This document shows positions 1 through 11,667 of a stretch of DNA of 64,000 nt, one piece after another. The notes beneath the pieces were generated by a model, which saw only the letters and a list, made by a program, of their open reading frames with translations, did not search any database and was not told where the DNA came from. The stretch comes from Prevotellaceae bacterium (GTDB lineage: Bacteria; Bacteroidota; Bacteroidia; Bacteroidales; UBA932), in assembly GCA_031266015.1 (NCBI GenBank), contig JAISBU010000027.1, positions 20,874-84,873 on the forward strand, given 5' to 3'. The position numbers and the translations under genes are program-made. The stretch's first letter is position 1, and each line of letters opens with the position of its first letter.

Positions 1-42
1 TATGATAACTGCTGCAAGTGCTATAAATAGTATGTTTTTCAT
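1..42 (-). CDS. 5' end (14 codons, MKNILFIALAAVII) of a gene that runs off the window; probable signal peptide, paralogue-like of the next lipoprotein
   Basis: ATG at 42..40 on the minus strand followed by a hydrophobic stretch; same MKNI start as ORF 72..1094. Confidence 0.3.
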   Translation of the reverse strand, partial: MKNILFIALAAVII

Positions 43-71
43 ATCTCAAAAAAGTTTAAAAAGAGCGCTGG

Positions 72-1094
72 CTACTTTACAAAAACGCAGGTAATGTTCC
101 TGCCTTGCAGGTCTTGCACTACGCCATTTTTCCAGAGAGTTTTTGCCGTTTTTCCAAATACTGAGATTGTAGTATACTCCGCCACATACACATCACCACC
201 CGATACGTAAACAGAATACACGTCTGCTTTGCTATCTCCACCACTAAGGCGGTGGGCGGTGCCATTTTTCCATAGCGTGGGAACTTGGTTTCCCGCTGCA
301 TTTGTTTCATACCCCGCCACATACACATCGCTGCCAACTACGCAAACAGAAGACACCACTGACTTGCTGCTGCCGCTGCTCAGGGGTTGGGCGGCGCCGT
401 TTTTCCATAGCGTGGGAACTTGGTTTCCCGCTGCATTTGTTTCATATCCTGCCATGTACACATCGCTACCCGATGTGTAAACGGAGACAATACCCGTTCC
501 GTCGTTCAGGGGTTGCACCTCGCCGTTTTTCCACAGCCTCCTATACGTAGTAGTATGCACGTCCATTTCAAATCCTGTTGCATACACATCGCCACCCACC
601 GCACAAACATGTTCAGCAATTGCAATAGGATTTTCGCTGCTCAGGTGCTGTGCTTTGCCATTTTTCCAAAGTGTGGCGTAAACATTAGATGCACTTATAT
701 TTTCATATCCTGCCACATATACATCGTTGCCCGATACGCAAATGGAAAAAGGTAAGGCCAAGTACATTTCTTTACACAAGTACTGGGAAGCATTGTTTTT
801 CCAGAGTATAACATTTTTCAGACTATTCTCTACTTGTTGTTCGTTATCCTCATACCCTGCCACGTACACATCGCTGCCCGATACATAAACGGCGCTGGCT
901 TGCGAATGGTAACCTCCATCGCTAAGGCGATACGCTACATCGTCTTTCCACAGCATGGCAACATTAATATCTTTTACGTTTTTTTCATATCCAACCATGT
1001 ATACGCCACGTGACAGCGCTAGTGCTTCTTCCGGCGCATCTTCGCCACAACCTAACATTACTGCAAAAAACACTATATAAAATATGTTTTTCAT
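72..1094 (-). CDS. lipoprotein built from 7 tandem ~45-aa repeats (DVYVAGYE...LWKNG), probable 7-bladed beta-propeller
   Basis: 340-aa ORF; signal peptide with lipobox MLGC; seven repeats visible in the translation. Confidence 0.8.
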   Translation of the reverse strand: MKNIFYIVFFAVMLGCGEDAPEEALALSRGVYMVGYEKNVKDINVAMLWKDDVAYRLSDGGYHSQASAVYVSGSDVYVAGYEDNEQQVENSLKNVILWKNNASQYLCKEMYLALPFSICVSGNDVYVAGYENISASNVYATLWKNGKAQHLSSENPIAIAEHVCAVGGDVYATGFEMDVHTTTYRRLWKNGEVQPLNDGTGIVSVYTSGSDVYMAGYETNAAGNQVPTLWKNGAAQPLSSGSSKSVVSSVCVVGSDVYVAGYETNAAGNQVPTLWKNGTAHRLSGGDSKADVYSVYVSGGDVYVAEYTTISVFGKTAKTLWKNGVVQDLQGRNITCVFVK

Positions 1095-1114
1095 AAAAAT
1101 AAATCATTTATAAA

Positions 1115-1148
1115 GAGTTTGCTCAAAAGTTTTTTTTTGAGCAAACTC
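1115..1148 (-). terminator. hairpin downstream of the T9SS cargo gene
   Basis: gagtttgctcaaaa / ttttgagcaaactc, 14-bp stem flanked by A/T runs. Confidence 0.6.
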
Positions 1149-1163
1149 TCATCGGGTTAATAA

Positions 1164-3653
1164 CTAGTTTTTGACTACTACCTGCTTCTGAACATTTTGT
1201 CCCGATCCTACCACCACTACGTAGTTGCCCGCCGCCCATGAGGAGGTGTTGATTTGGGTGCTGGCAGAGCTGACCGTTGTTTTTGCTACAAGTGTACCCG
1301 TTATATCCACCACATAAATAGCTACCGGATAGCTTGCGCCATCGGCAATATCAATGTTAATTACATCCTTAGTTGGATTAGGGTAAATGGTGGCAAAGTC
1401 TACCTTCTTAGTTGCCGATGTTGCTCCTGCCTGCGATATAGAGGAGTTCGAACTCGCTAAGGGCAGGCTGCGTATGATGGCATTCTGAGCAGGGGATAAA
1501 GGTGCTCCCGTGGTCATACGCACTCTGCAACCACCAGCGTAAGCAGCATCCATAATCAAAGTATAGTTCGGACTATCATCAATATTGCCAAGTATGCCGT
1601 TATGAACCATATAAAACATAACGTCAGCTACATTAACTACTCCATTAGTCACTTCGACACCATTATAAAGCAAGTGCCCAGTATAACTAACATTTTCATT
1701 ATTAGGATTTAATATCATGTAGTAACCCACTGAATTATAACCTAGAGACAATCCCTTGTCGGAAACTTCTATTGTAGTATCCCTTGCATCACTTGATGAG
1801 CAAACGCTGCCTGTAGCTGTAGGTTTAGCTATCACGCTGGCCGTAATAGTACCTGTTGCTCCGCTCGAAATAAAACTTACAGCTGCACCGGTACGCACAG
1901 AGGTGCTGCCGGATGGATCTGTAAATGTCCACTCGTATGTTTCCCCCGCCTTTTGGCTAACGCTAAAGGTGAGCGTATCGGTGGTACCGGCATTAACGCA
2001 GGTTTGCGAAATGCCTATTACCGAGGGCTTTGTGGGCGGGTAGGAAAGCGTTGTCAGCTGCTTTGGAGTACCAGAGCAAACTGTTTGAGCGCTGCCTACA
2101 AGATGCGCCGCTCCCCTAGGCGTAACCTTAACCAGGCTAATGTTATTGCCTGTAGCGGTTGCCGTAATGGACAGGCCATCGGCAGAGTGCACGGTATCCG
2201 TCCACCCGTTGCTCAGCTCCCAGGTGTACGAAGCAGCCCCGGGCTGTGTGGGGGCAATCTGGAAGGTGTAGACGCTATCTTTTACTATGCAGAGCGATTT
2301 CCCATTTGCCTCCGTAATTTCTCCGGCTGCCCCGGGCGTAACGTAAACGTTGCGCGATATGTAGGCTGCATCACATACGTCAACGCTTACCCGTATACTA
2401 TCTATGGGCAAAACTGCTGCATAGTCATCCGGCTTAGCCGTAATGTTTGCCGCATTGGCATTGCCTACGGGAATCCAACCTTCCGGCAGCACCCAGTTAA
2501 ACAAGGCGGGGCTTGGGGCATTGTTCAGAGTAAAGGTTACCGGCACGCCGGCCACGTAGCAGTCATTTGTACTTGTGGCGCTAATGCTTGAAATGCTGCT
2601 AAGGCTGCGCATCATGCGCACGCTGCTCCGCTTTGCATCGCAGCCGTCATTGTCGGTGTACTTGGCCTCAACGGAAATGGTTGCCCGGTTGTTTATATCT
2701 GTTTCGACCTTTACGCTATCACCTTTCAGGATACCTATCTTTTCATAGGTTGGCAACTTATTGTTGTCTTTGTCATAAATGTACCAGTTTTCGTCTACCG
2801 AAAAGTAGTAGGTAACGCCATCCAGGGCGTTGTTTACCTTAAAGTAAACGGTCTGCTTACCTCCAGGTATACAAACGTTGGGTACAATTATGGGGTCAGG
2901 TATATCCTCCCTGATTGGAAAGGATAGCGGGGTGGCTCCGGTCTGTATGTTGCAGCTGCCCAAGCCTACCTTAATTGCATCGCCGCTTACCGCTTCGCGT
3001 GCTGCCGTAAAGGTAACGGAACTGTTGTCTGCCGAGTAGTATATGGCGGAGCCTATCCCGCTGGGAATGTCCCAGTCGTACTTGTCAAGACCTACCGTCC
3101 CCAACTCGTAAAGGCTTACCCAGGGCGCTACCGAGTAGGTTACCTTTGTACCCGGCTTTACACACGTGGGGCCTACAATGCTGTTGTCCTGAGATGAAAA
3201 CGTCTTGCGAATTTCAACGTCCTTGCCATAATCTTTGTAGTAGGTATAGATCTGCGCCGCAGACGTTCCGTTACAGCTAAAGAAAATAGAGTCCGTGTAT
3301 TTTACGTGGGCGGAAATGTGCAGCTTTCCCTTAGCGTACTTGCTGTAGCTCCCGTCTTGGTCAGCGCCCTGCATCGCCTTAACGGTAATGGCGCTGCCGT
3401 TGGTAGCGCCAACGGCCTCTATGCCGCCCGCCAGTGACCAGGAGTAGCTTTCAATAACTCCCTGTGCGCTGCCTTCGACCAAATTGTTTCCTGCCGCGCT
3501 AAACGTTATACCCGAAGTATTTGCATCCATGCAATGGAAGGCTGTCACTGCCGCGCCGTCGTGGACTATGTTTACCGACTGCGCCTGCGCTGCTGCTGCT
3601 CCCACGAGCAGCATAGCGGTTTTTATGGAATTTTTATAACCGGCAGTAGTCAT
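1164..3653 (-). CDS. large secreted protein with a type-A T9SS C-terminal sorting domain (cargo); function unknown
   Basis: C-terminus ...IYPNPTKDVINIDI...VDITGTLV...AGNYVVVV...VVVKN fits the Por secretion tail; start chosen at MTTAGYK.. (3653) before signal peptide AAAAQAQS; the longest ORF extends to 3704. Confidence 0.85.
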   Translation of the reverse strand: MTTAGYKNSIKTAMLLVGAAAAQAQSVNIVHDGAAVTAFHCMDANTSGITFSAAGNNLVEGSAQGVIESYSWSLAGGIEAVGATNGSAITVKAMQGADQDGSYSKYAKGKLHISAHVKYTDSIFFSCNGTSAAQIYTYYKDYGKDVEIRKTFSSQDNSIVGPTCVKPGTKVTYSVAPWVSLYELGTVGLDKYDWDIPSGIGSAIYYSADNSSVTFTAAREAVSGDAIKVGLGSCNIQTGATPLSFPIREDIPDPIIVPNVCIPGGKQTVYFKVNNALDGVTYYFSVDENWYIYDKDNNKLPTYEKIGILKGDSVKVETDINNRATISVEAKYTDNDGCDAKRSSVRMMRSLSSISSISATSTNDCYVAGVPVTFTLNNAPSPALFNWVLPEGWIPVGNANAANITAKPDDYAAVLPIDSIRVSVDVCDAAYISRNVYVTPGAAGEITEANGKSLCIVKDSVYTFQIAPTQPGAASYTWELSNGWTDTVHSADGLSITATATGNNISLVKVTPRGAAHLVGSAQTVCSGTPKQLTTLSYPPTKPSVIGISQTCVNAGTTDTLTFSVSQKAGETYEWTFTDPSGSTSVRTGAAVSFISSGATGTITASVIAKPTATGSVCSSSDARDTTIEVSDKGLSLGYNSVGYYMILNPNNENVSYTGHLLYNGVEVTNGVVNVADVMFYMVHNGILGNIDDSPNYTLIMDAAYAGGCRVRMTTGAPLSPAQNAIIRSLPLASSNSSISQAGATSATKKVDFATIYPNPTKDVINIDIADGASYPVAIYVVDITGTLVAKTTVSSASTQINTSSWAAGNYVVVVGSGQNVQKQVVVKN

Positions 3654-3720
3654 AATGTTAATAGTTACGATGCAAATGTAAAGAATTTTTATGATTATCC
3701 GCAATATTATCTGAAAAATT

Positions 3721-4136
3721 ATGAATTTACTATTTAACGGTGGGGCTATGCCAATTACGAATTACGATTGAGCAATGCGGGTGCGCTGTCACCCTGAACC
3801 TGTCGAAGGGTGCGGCGAGGGAAAAAGGGCAGATTGGCTTTGCCGAGCTTCGGTTCCTCCACTCCGCTACGCTCCGGTCGGAATGACGGGGCGACGGTGA
3901 TTGAGAGGGGTTAAGGGCGGCTTCGCCGCCCTTAACCCCTCTCAATCACTCCTTAATATATAGAGTCACCGTCATTTCGAGCGCAACGAGGAACGAGTGA
4001 AGCCGAGAAATCCCATGCCCAGATTAGGAGATTGACTTCATCGAACTCCATTTCGTTCCAGTGGCTTCGCTTCGCTCAGCAGGACAACGCACTCGCACGG
4101 ATAAATGGTCAATAGTAAATTGTCAAATGGTAAACC
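3721..4136. repeat. compound REP/MITE-like repeat cluster (inverted tail modules, GTCATT..GGAATC modules, central palindrome)
   Basis: modules recur at 46921-47383, 63899-63965, 21283-21413, 56841-56946, 34107-34146 and 55647-55690. Confidence 0.75.
3897..3949. repeat. perfect 24-bp-stem palindrome (gtgattgagaggggttaagggcgg cttcg ccgcccttaacccctctcaatcac)
   Basis: checked base by base; related to the palindrome at 47123-47157. Confidence 0.9.
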
Positions 4137-4192
4137 GATAAGTTCAGGATGGAAACGCATACGCACGCACGTTGGCCGTTGACTTTTACGGC

Positions 4193-5035
4193 TTACGCAA
4201 AAGAGCCGCCGATAATATCCAGCAGCTCTGAGGTAATATTCTGCTGCCTTAGCTTATTGTAGCTGAGCCTCAAATCATCCAGCATATCATCGGCATTTTC
4301 TGTTGCCAACTGCATGGCCAGCGTACGGGCGGTGTGCTCGGAAGTCTGATTATCCATTACCGCTGTATAAAGTTGGGCCTTGAGCATTTGCGGTAAAACA
4401 CGCTCCTGAACCAACTCGCGGGATGGCTCAAAAATACAATCAGCATGGCTCCTTACCTTCGGCAAGGCATAGGGCATAAAGTCATGATGTACAATTACCT
4501 GCGATGCTGTGCTTTTGTTATGAAAATATACCAAATCGACCTTACTTACTTTTTTGGAAGCGTACAAGCTCATCAGCTCCCCTGTAAGCTTAACAACATC
4601 CCGAAAAGTAGTTCGTCCCGCCAAGCTGTCAAAATTGCCCTGAATCTTGTAGCCCGCTTCGGTCAATGCCTCTCGTATTTTCTTTCCGATAGGGTAAAAT
4701 ACCAGCTGCTTACCGCTGTGCTTCTTCACAATATTCGGCAGCTCCTTTACTATTTTAGCGTTGAAAGCCCCACACATGCCGCTGTTGGACGACATAATAA
4801 CAACAGCCACCGTATTGCCCTCATGCTGCTCTGCAAGCGCAGAGGCAAAGGGCTTTTCCACGTCAACCAAAGAGGCAACAACCGACTCTAAAGCCCGGCT
4901 GTACGCTTGCGCCTTCTCAAGAATACCCTGCGATTGGTGCAACCGTGCGGAAGAAATCATCTGCCGGGCCTGAGTAATTTTTTTCGTGCTCTCAACAGAC
5001 AGAATTCTAGCTTTTACTTCCTTTAAAGAAGGCAT
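4193..5035 (-). CDS. atpG: F-type ATP synthase gamma subunit
   Basis: 280 aa; MPSLKEVKARI...ITSELLDIIGG typical gamma termini; operon context. Confidence 0.96.
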   Translation of the reverse strand: MPSLKEVKARILSVESTKKITQARQMISSARLHQSQGILEKAQAYSRALESVVASLVDVEKPFASALAEQHEGNTVAVVIMSSNSGMCGAFNAKIVKELPNIVKKHSGKQLVFYPIGKKIREALTEAGYKIQGNFDSLAGRTTFRDVVKLTGELMSLYASKKVSKVDLVYFHNKSTASQVIVHHDFMPYALPKVRSHADCIFEPSRELVQERVLPQMLKAQLYTAVMDNQTSEHTARTLAMQLATENADDMLDDLRLSYNKLRQQNITSELLDIIGGSFA

Positions 5036-5040
5036 GGATT

Positions 5041-5092
5041 AATTGACTATTTACAAGTTACGATTTACAATTTTTCTTTTGTCATGCTGAAC
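5041..5092. repeat. truncated tail plus GTCATGCTGA repeat fragment inside the atp operon (atpA-atpG spacer)
   Basis: aattgactatttacaagttacgatttacaa ... ttgtcatgctgaac resembles the dispersed modules. Confidence 0.5.
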
Positions 5093-5118
5093 AACACTAC
5101 GGTACTACTGCCACTTAG

Positions 5119-6702
5119 CTATACAATTTGCTTTGCCACAGTAGCGGCAGCTTCTCTTATCAGCTTCTCTACGTCTGCATCAATCTCACCTTTCTCTAGG
5201 CGAGCCAGCACGGTATCCTTGTGCAACAGGTGCAGCTGCTCCAAGAAGTTTTTTTCAAAATCACCCACCTTCTCCAGCGGAATATCTTTAAGCAGGCCAT
5301 AAGTTCCGCAGTAAAGCGTGGCTATCTGATCTCCCACGCTGAGCGGGTTGTACTGGGTTTGAATGAGCAGCCGAGTGTTCTTTCTACCCTTATCAATTGC
5401 CTGAGCGGTAACCGCATCCATATCGCCACCAAAACGTGTAAATGCCTCTAATTCACGATATTGCGCCTGGTCTATTTTCATAGTGCCGGCCACCTTTTTC
5501 ATGGCTTTTACCTGTGCGTTACCACCCACGCGCGATACTGAAATTCCGATATTGATGGCAGGACGATTTCCCTGGTTAAATAATTCCGTATCCAAGAAAA
5601 TTTGTCCGTCCGTAATAGAAATTACGTTTGTAGGAATGTACGCAGACACGTCGCCGGCCTGGGTTTCAATAATGGGTAAGGCCGTCAACGAACCGCCACC
5701 CTTCACTTTCCCCTTCAAGCTGAGGGGCAAATCGTTCATTTTAGCGGCAATTTCATCCTGGTTAATAAGCTTTGCCGCACGCTCCAGCAAGCGTGAGTGC
5801 AGGTAGAAAATATCCCCCGGATAAGCTTCACGTCCCGATGGGCGGCGCAAGATGAGCGAAACCTCACGATACGCTACAGCCTGTTTTGATAGGTCATCAT
5901 ACACCACCAGCGCATGGCGTCCCGTATCTCTAAAATACTCTCCCACAGCGGCTCCCGCAAATGGGGCAAAGTACTGCATAGCTGCCGGATCCGAAGAGTT
6001 AGAGGCAATAACTATGGTGTAATCCATGGCGCCTTTTTCTCTTAAAGTATCTACCAGCGAGGCTACGGTAGAGGCTTTTTGTCCGATAGCAACGTAAATA
6101 CAGTATACGGGGTCACCTGCCTCAAAGTTTTTACGCTGGTTGATTATGGCATCAATGGCAATAGAGGTTTTACCCGTTTGACGGTCGCCAATGATGAGCT
6201 CACGTTGACCGCGACCGATAGGAATCATGGCGTCAACCGCCTTAATTCCGGTTTGCATGGGTTGGTTTACCGGTTGACGGAAAATAACTCCGGGCGCCTT
6301 ACGCTCCAGCGGCATGGTAACGCGCTCGCCAACAATAGCGCCTGCGCCGTCTATGGGCTCTCCCAGCGGATTTATAACACGACCAACCATTCCCTCGCCC
6401 ACCATAATGGAGGCAATTTTCTTTGTTCTCTTCACCGTGTCATCCTCTTTTACCAAGTCGGTTGGTCCCAGCAAAACCGCACCCACATTGTCCTCCTCCA
6501 AGTTCATTACAACGGCCTTTACGCCATTGTCAAACTCCAGAAGCTCACTGGACTCTGCGTTGGTAAGCCCGTAAATACGGGCAACACCGTCGCTTACCTG
6601 AATTACCTTACCAATTTCTTCAAGCGTTTTATCCGGATCTATCTCATCCAGCATTTTATAAATGATCTCCGGGATTTCGCTTATTTTGATATTATTCGTC
6701 AT
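5119..6702 (-). CDS. atpA: F-type ATP synthase alpha subunit
   Basis: 527 aa; Walker A GDRQTGKT; highly conserved alpha sequence. Confidence 0.98.
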   Translation of the reverse strand: MTNNIKISEIPEIIYKMLDEIDPDKTLEEIGKVIQVSDGVARIYGLTNAESSELLEFDNGVKAVVMNLEEDNVGAVLLGPTDLVKEDDTVKRTKKIASIMVGEGMVGRVINPLGEPIDGAGAIVGERVTMPLERKAPGVIFRQPVNQPMQTGIKAVDAMIPIGRGQRELIIGDRQTGKTSIAIDAIINQRKNFEAGDPVYCIYVAIGQKASTVASLVDTLREKGAMDYTIVIASNSSDPAAMQYFAPFAGAAVGEYFRDTGRHALVVYDDLSKQAVAYREVSLILRRPSGREAYPGDIFYLHSRLLERAAKLINQDEIAAKMNDLPLSLKGKVKGGGSLTALPIIETQAGDVSAYIPTNVISITDGQIFLDTELFNQGNRPAINIGISVSRVGGNAQVKAMKKVAGTMKIDQAQYRELEAFTRFGGDMDAVTAQAIDKGRKNTRLLIQTQYNPLSVGDQIATLYCGTYGLLKDIPLEKVGDFEKNFLEQLHLLHKDTVLARLEKGEIDADVEKLIREAAATVAKQIV

Positions 6703-6706
6703 AATC

Positions 6707-7258
6707 TCAACTGTTATTTGCTGTTTCTATCAAACGCCTCTTTACTCGCTGCAGCCTTGTCGCAACGCTCACATCCAAACGATAGGTATCTAAGCTTAGC
6801 ACGTATCCTCCTAGCAACGAGGGATCAATGCTTGTAATCAACGTAGCGTGGCATCCGGTTGCCGCCTCCAACTTTCTTACAATTCGTTCTTCTACTTCTT
6901 TATCCACAGGCGCCACTGTTGCCAGCTTCACGTTGAGCAACTTTTTTTCCCGCCTGTAAATATGCTGGTAGCTCAAGCAAATTTCCTGTAAAAACTCTTC
7001 ACGGTCACGCTCCGCCAGCAGCTTGATAAAGTTCGCAAAAGATTTACTTACGGCCCCTCCGGATATTGTTGCTATAACCTCCGCTTTTTTTGCAGACGAA
7101 AGCATGAGGTTTGTCACCACACGATGCAATGCGGGATACTGCACAAAACTCTTGCCCAGCGCAACAACTTCGTTGTAGACCCTGTCCTCCTGCTCATTTT
7201 TCTGAGCATACATCCAAAGCGCCTGCGCGTATCGTCTCGAAACAATTCCCCTATACAT
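6707..7258 (-). CDS. atpH: F-type ATP synthase delta (OSCP) subunit
   Basis: 183 aa; position between atpF and atpA; OSCP-like sequence. Confidence 0.88.
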   Translation of the reverse strand: MYRGIVSRRYAQALWMYAQKNEQEDRVYNEVVALGKSFVQYPALHRVVTNLMLSSAKKAEVIATISGGAVSKSFANFIKLLAERDREEFLQEICLSYQHIYRREKKLLNVKLATVAPVDKEVEERIVRKLEAATGCHATLITSIDPSLLGGYVLSLDTYRLDVSVATRLQRVKRRLIETANNS

Positions 7259-7266
7259 AAGGCGTG

Positions 7267-7767
7267 CTATGCTTTATTCACAATTTCTTCGTCCAAAAGG
7301 CGATTGATCAGCTTCAGCTGCTTTTCATCACCCTGAAGCTCTTTTTCAATAACCTTACCGGCAATTTTTACCGATATATCGGCAACCTGCTCTCTTAAGC
7401 GCCCCAATGCCTTGCTTCTGGTTTCCTCAATCTCGGCAGCAGCGCGACTCAGCCGCTTACGAGCCTCAGCTTCGGCAGCGTCTTTTGCTTCGCCTACAAT
7501 TTTGTTTTTTATCTCGTGCGCTTCGCTAATCAAGACGCTACGTTCGCCATGCGCTTTAGCAAGAATATCCTCGGCCTGCTTACCCAAGGTCGCAAGTTTT
7601 TCTTCAGCAACACGAGCATCTTCCAAAGCTTTCTCAATGTAGCTGCTTCTTTTCTCAACCGCTCCAATAATTACCGGAAAGCCGAATTTAGCAAGGACAA
7701 AGAACACTATCCCGAATGACAACGCCATCCAGAACAAAAGTCCTGTATCCGGAATCAACAATGACAT
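7267..7767 (-). CDS. atpF: F-type ATP synthase b subunit
   Basis: 166 aa; one N-terminal TM helix then a long charged helix. Confidence 0.9.
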   Translation of the reverse strand: MSLLIPDTGLLFWMALSFGIVFFVLAKFGFPVIIGAVEKRSSYIEKALEDARVAEEKLATLGKQAEDILAKAHGERSVLISEAHEIKNKIVGEAKDAAEAEARKRLSRAAAEIEETRSKALGRLREQVADISVKIAGKVIEKELQGDEKQLKLINRLLDEEIVNKA

Positions 7768-7785
7768 AAGAATTTTTTTTTACTT

Positions 7786-8046
<261 letters not shown>

Positions 8047-8083
8047 TTAATGGTTTATTTATATTGCATTGATTTTCAAATAA

Positions 8084-9145
8084 TTACATCTGCTTAGCGT
8101 GGTCTGTATGCTTCACTCTTGCCATTCCGATAAACACTGCTGACAAAAGCGTAAACACGTAGGCCTGAATGTAGGCTACCAGGCACTCTACAAAAGTTAT
8201 AAAACAGGTAAAGAAAACGGCTACTACCGACATTCCCGCGTTAACCGCAACGCCCATAGAGGCTGTAATAAACACAAGGCAAATAAGTCCCAAGGTTACC
8301 GCATGACCTGCCATAATGTTGCCAAACAAACGAATCATAAGCGCAAAGGGCTTGGTAAATACGCCAAATATTTCAATCACAGGCATAATGGGCGCAGGCA
8401 CCTTTAACCACAAAGGAACCTCCGGCCAAAATATTTCTTTCCAGTAGGCTTTGGTTCCCGAGAAATTTACCACACAAAATGTACAGAGCGCCAGAACCAT
8501 GGTGATGGCAATGTTGCCTGTAACGTTTGCTCCTCCGGGAAAAAAGGGTACCAATCCTACGAGGTTGTTCACAAAAATAAAAAAGAACACGGTAAGCAAG
8601 TACGGTGCATATATCCTGTAATCTTCGCCTACGCAGGGTTTTATAACCTCATCATAAATGCTCAATATCAGCATCTCAACCGCACCTCTGAACCCCTTTA
8701 CCGGCTTCATTGTTCCGCCTTTATACCAGCGAGCCAGGGGCAAAATTACCAGCAGCAGTATGGTACAATTTATCAGCAGAGAAAGTGCATTTTTTGTAAG
8801 TGAAAAATCCCACGGACGTATTTCCTCGCCCGCCGCATTTTTCTCCACTATCTTTCCCTTATATTTTCCCTCCTGCGCTATATGAAATCCGTTGTACGCC
8901 GCTGTTCCGTGATGAAATTTTGACGAGGAGAAAACGCTCCATTCGCCACCCGCGCTTCTTACAATTACCGGTAAATACACCGCAACGTCCGTTTCACCAA
9001 TAGCCGTAATATGCCAGGTATAGCTATCCGACAGGTGATCAAACACAACCTTCTTCACATCCGGCTCCTGCGCTTTTGCACCAAAGGAGAAAAGCAAACA
9101 AGCAAGCAACGCCAGTGATATTTTTTTGAGCTTACTTTTTTGCAT
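8084..9145 (-). CDS. atpB: F-type ATP synthase a subunit with N-terminal secreted extension
   Basis: 353 aa; signal peptide plus ~100-aa extension, then a-subunit TM core (..LMIRLFGNIMAGH..). Confidence 0.92.
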   Translation of the reverse strand: MQKSKLKKISLALLACLLFSFGAKAQEPDVKKVVFDHLSDSYTWHITAIGETDVAVYLPVIVRSAGGEWSVFSSSKFHHGTAAYNGFHIAQEGKYKGKIVEKNAAGEEIRPWDFSLTKNALSLLINCTILLLVILPLARWYKGGTMKPVKGFRGAVEMLILSIYDEVIKPCVGEDYRIYAPYLLTVFFFIFVNNLVGLVPFFPGGANVTGNIAITMVLALCTFCVVNFSGTKAYWKEIFWPEVPLWLKVPAPIMPVIEIFGVFTKPFALMIRLFGNIMAGHAVTLGLICLVFITASMGVAVNAGMSVVAVFFTCFITFVECLVAYIQAYVFTLLSAVFIGMARVKHTDHAKQM

Positions 9146-9560
9146 TTCTACTATTCAATCTTTTGCTATGCCAGGTACTGTAGCGGTAGTAGAGGTACAC
9201 CTCTAAACCTGTATATAAGAAGTAGTTACACATTAACGTTATGGCAAAAGGCACTTTTTCAACGCTCAGAACATGTACGCCAACTGCTAAGAAAATGATG
9301 GTAAGCACAAATTTTACCGTTCGTCCAACCATAAATACCGACAATAGCTTATTCGGTTGATACCGACAGCGATCAAGAGCATAGTTCAGTAATATTCCCG
9401 TTACCCAGTAAAAAATACTGATAGCGGGAAATACCGCGTAAAAATCAAACGGATCAAGGTAGTAGGATACCAACCCGGACACTAAGGCCACAACCACATA
9501 CACAGTGGCCAGCAGGAAGTACATCTTTAACTTTAACTTGAAGCGCCGTAGAGAAAACAT
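9132..9560 (-). CDS. small 4-TM membrane protein in the AtpI/AtpQ/AtpR position of the atp operon
   Basis: 142 aa, hydrophobic; overlaps the atpB start by 14 nt. Confidence 0.7.
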   Translation of the reverse strand: MFSLRRFKLKLKMYFLLATVYVVVALVSGLVSYYLDPFDFYAVFPAISIFYWVTGILLNYALDRCRYQPNKLLSVFMVGRTVKFVLTIIFLAVGVHVLSVEKVPFAITLMCNYFLYTGLEVYLYYRYSTWHSKRLNSRNAKK

Positions 9561-9576
9561 AATGCTATTTTTTAGA

Positions 9577-9813
9577 TTATTGCTCCACCAGAATTTTCAC
9601 AACATCATCGCTAACCTCAACCACTCCGCTCTCAACCTCTATTGTATTTTCCGCACCACCTCGCCCATACACCACCTTGCCTTTTACGGCTGTAGAAATC
9701 AGAGGCGCGTGTCCGCCCAACACCATAAAATCGCCAAGGCCTCCGGGAATCAGGACCTTGTCAACACCATCAACGGTGGCTGTTTTTTCCGGTGTTATAA
9801 CTACCAGCTTCAT
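9577..9813 (-). CDS. atpC: F-type ATP synthase epsilon subunit, short form (beta-sandwich only)
   Basis: 78 aa directly after atpD; no C-terminal helical hairpin. Confidence 0.88.
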   Translation of the reverse strand: MKLVVITPEKTATVDGVDKVLIPGGLGDFMVLGGHAPLISTAVKGKVVYGRGGAENTIEVESGVVEVSDDVVKILVEQ

Positions 9814-9819
9814 ATCAAA

Positions 9820-11382
<1,563 letters not shown>

Positions 11383-11602
11383 TTACCCCCTAAATCAACC
11401 GCCTTCCGGCTACCTTTGAAAACCTAAAGTTACTAAAATAAAACAACGATTAGTAGTGCATTTCAAGTATTTTATGAGTTAGCCCACACCCATTTTCTTT
11501 AGCAGCATTGAACGGCATCGCTTTGTAAATATTTATAGATCAGAGATATATAAAAGCATACATAAAAATGCGAATCTAAATAACATAAAAAGAAAAAATG
11601 AG

Positions 11603-11610
11603 TACATTTG
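11603..11610 (+). promoter_or_regulatory. Bacteroidota -7 box TACATTTG
   Basis: matches TAnnTTTG, 58 nt upstream of the ATG at 11668. Confidence 0.45.
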
Positions 11611-11667
11611 TCTACCTGATTTTATTAAAAAAACTGTCTTGAACCAAAATGATTTACCGTATTTGCA

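Noticed and set aside
6079-6837. 252-aa plus-strand ORF
   Set aside because: It is antisense to atpA and atpH, which are unambiguous.
6900-6908. Perfect DnaA-box sequence TTATCCACA (also at 44235-44243)
   Set aside because: These are two isolated copies inside coding regions (atpH and lpxH). There is no cluster, no AT-rich unwinding element and no dnaA or dnaN nearby, so they are expected by chance.
11636-11648. 13-nt match CTTGAACCAAAAT shared with about 34015-34027
   Set aside because: A single 13-mer match is expected many times by chance when a 64-kb window is compared with itself. There is no shared context.
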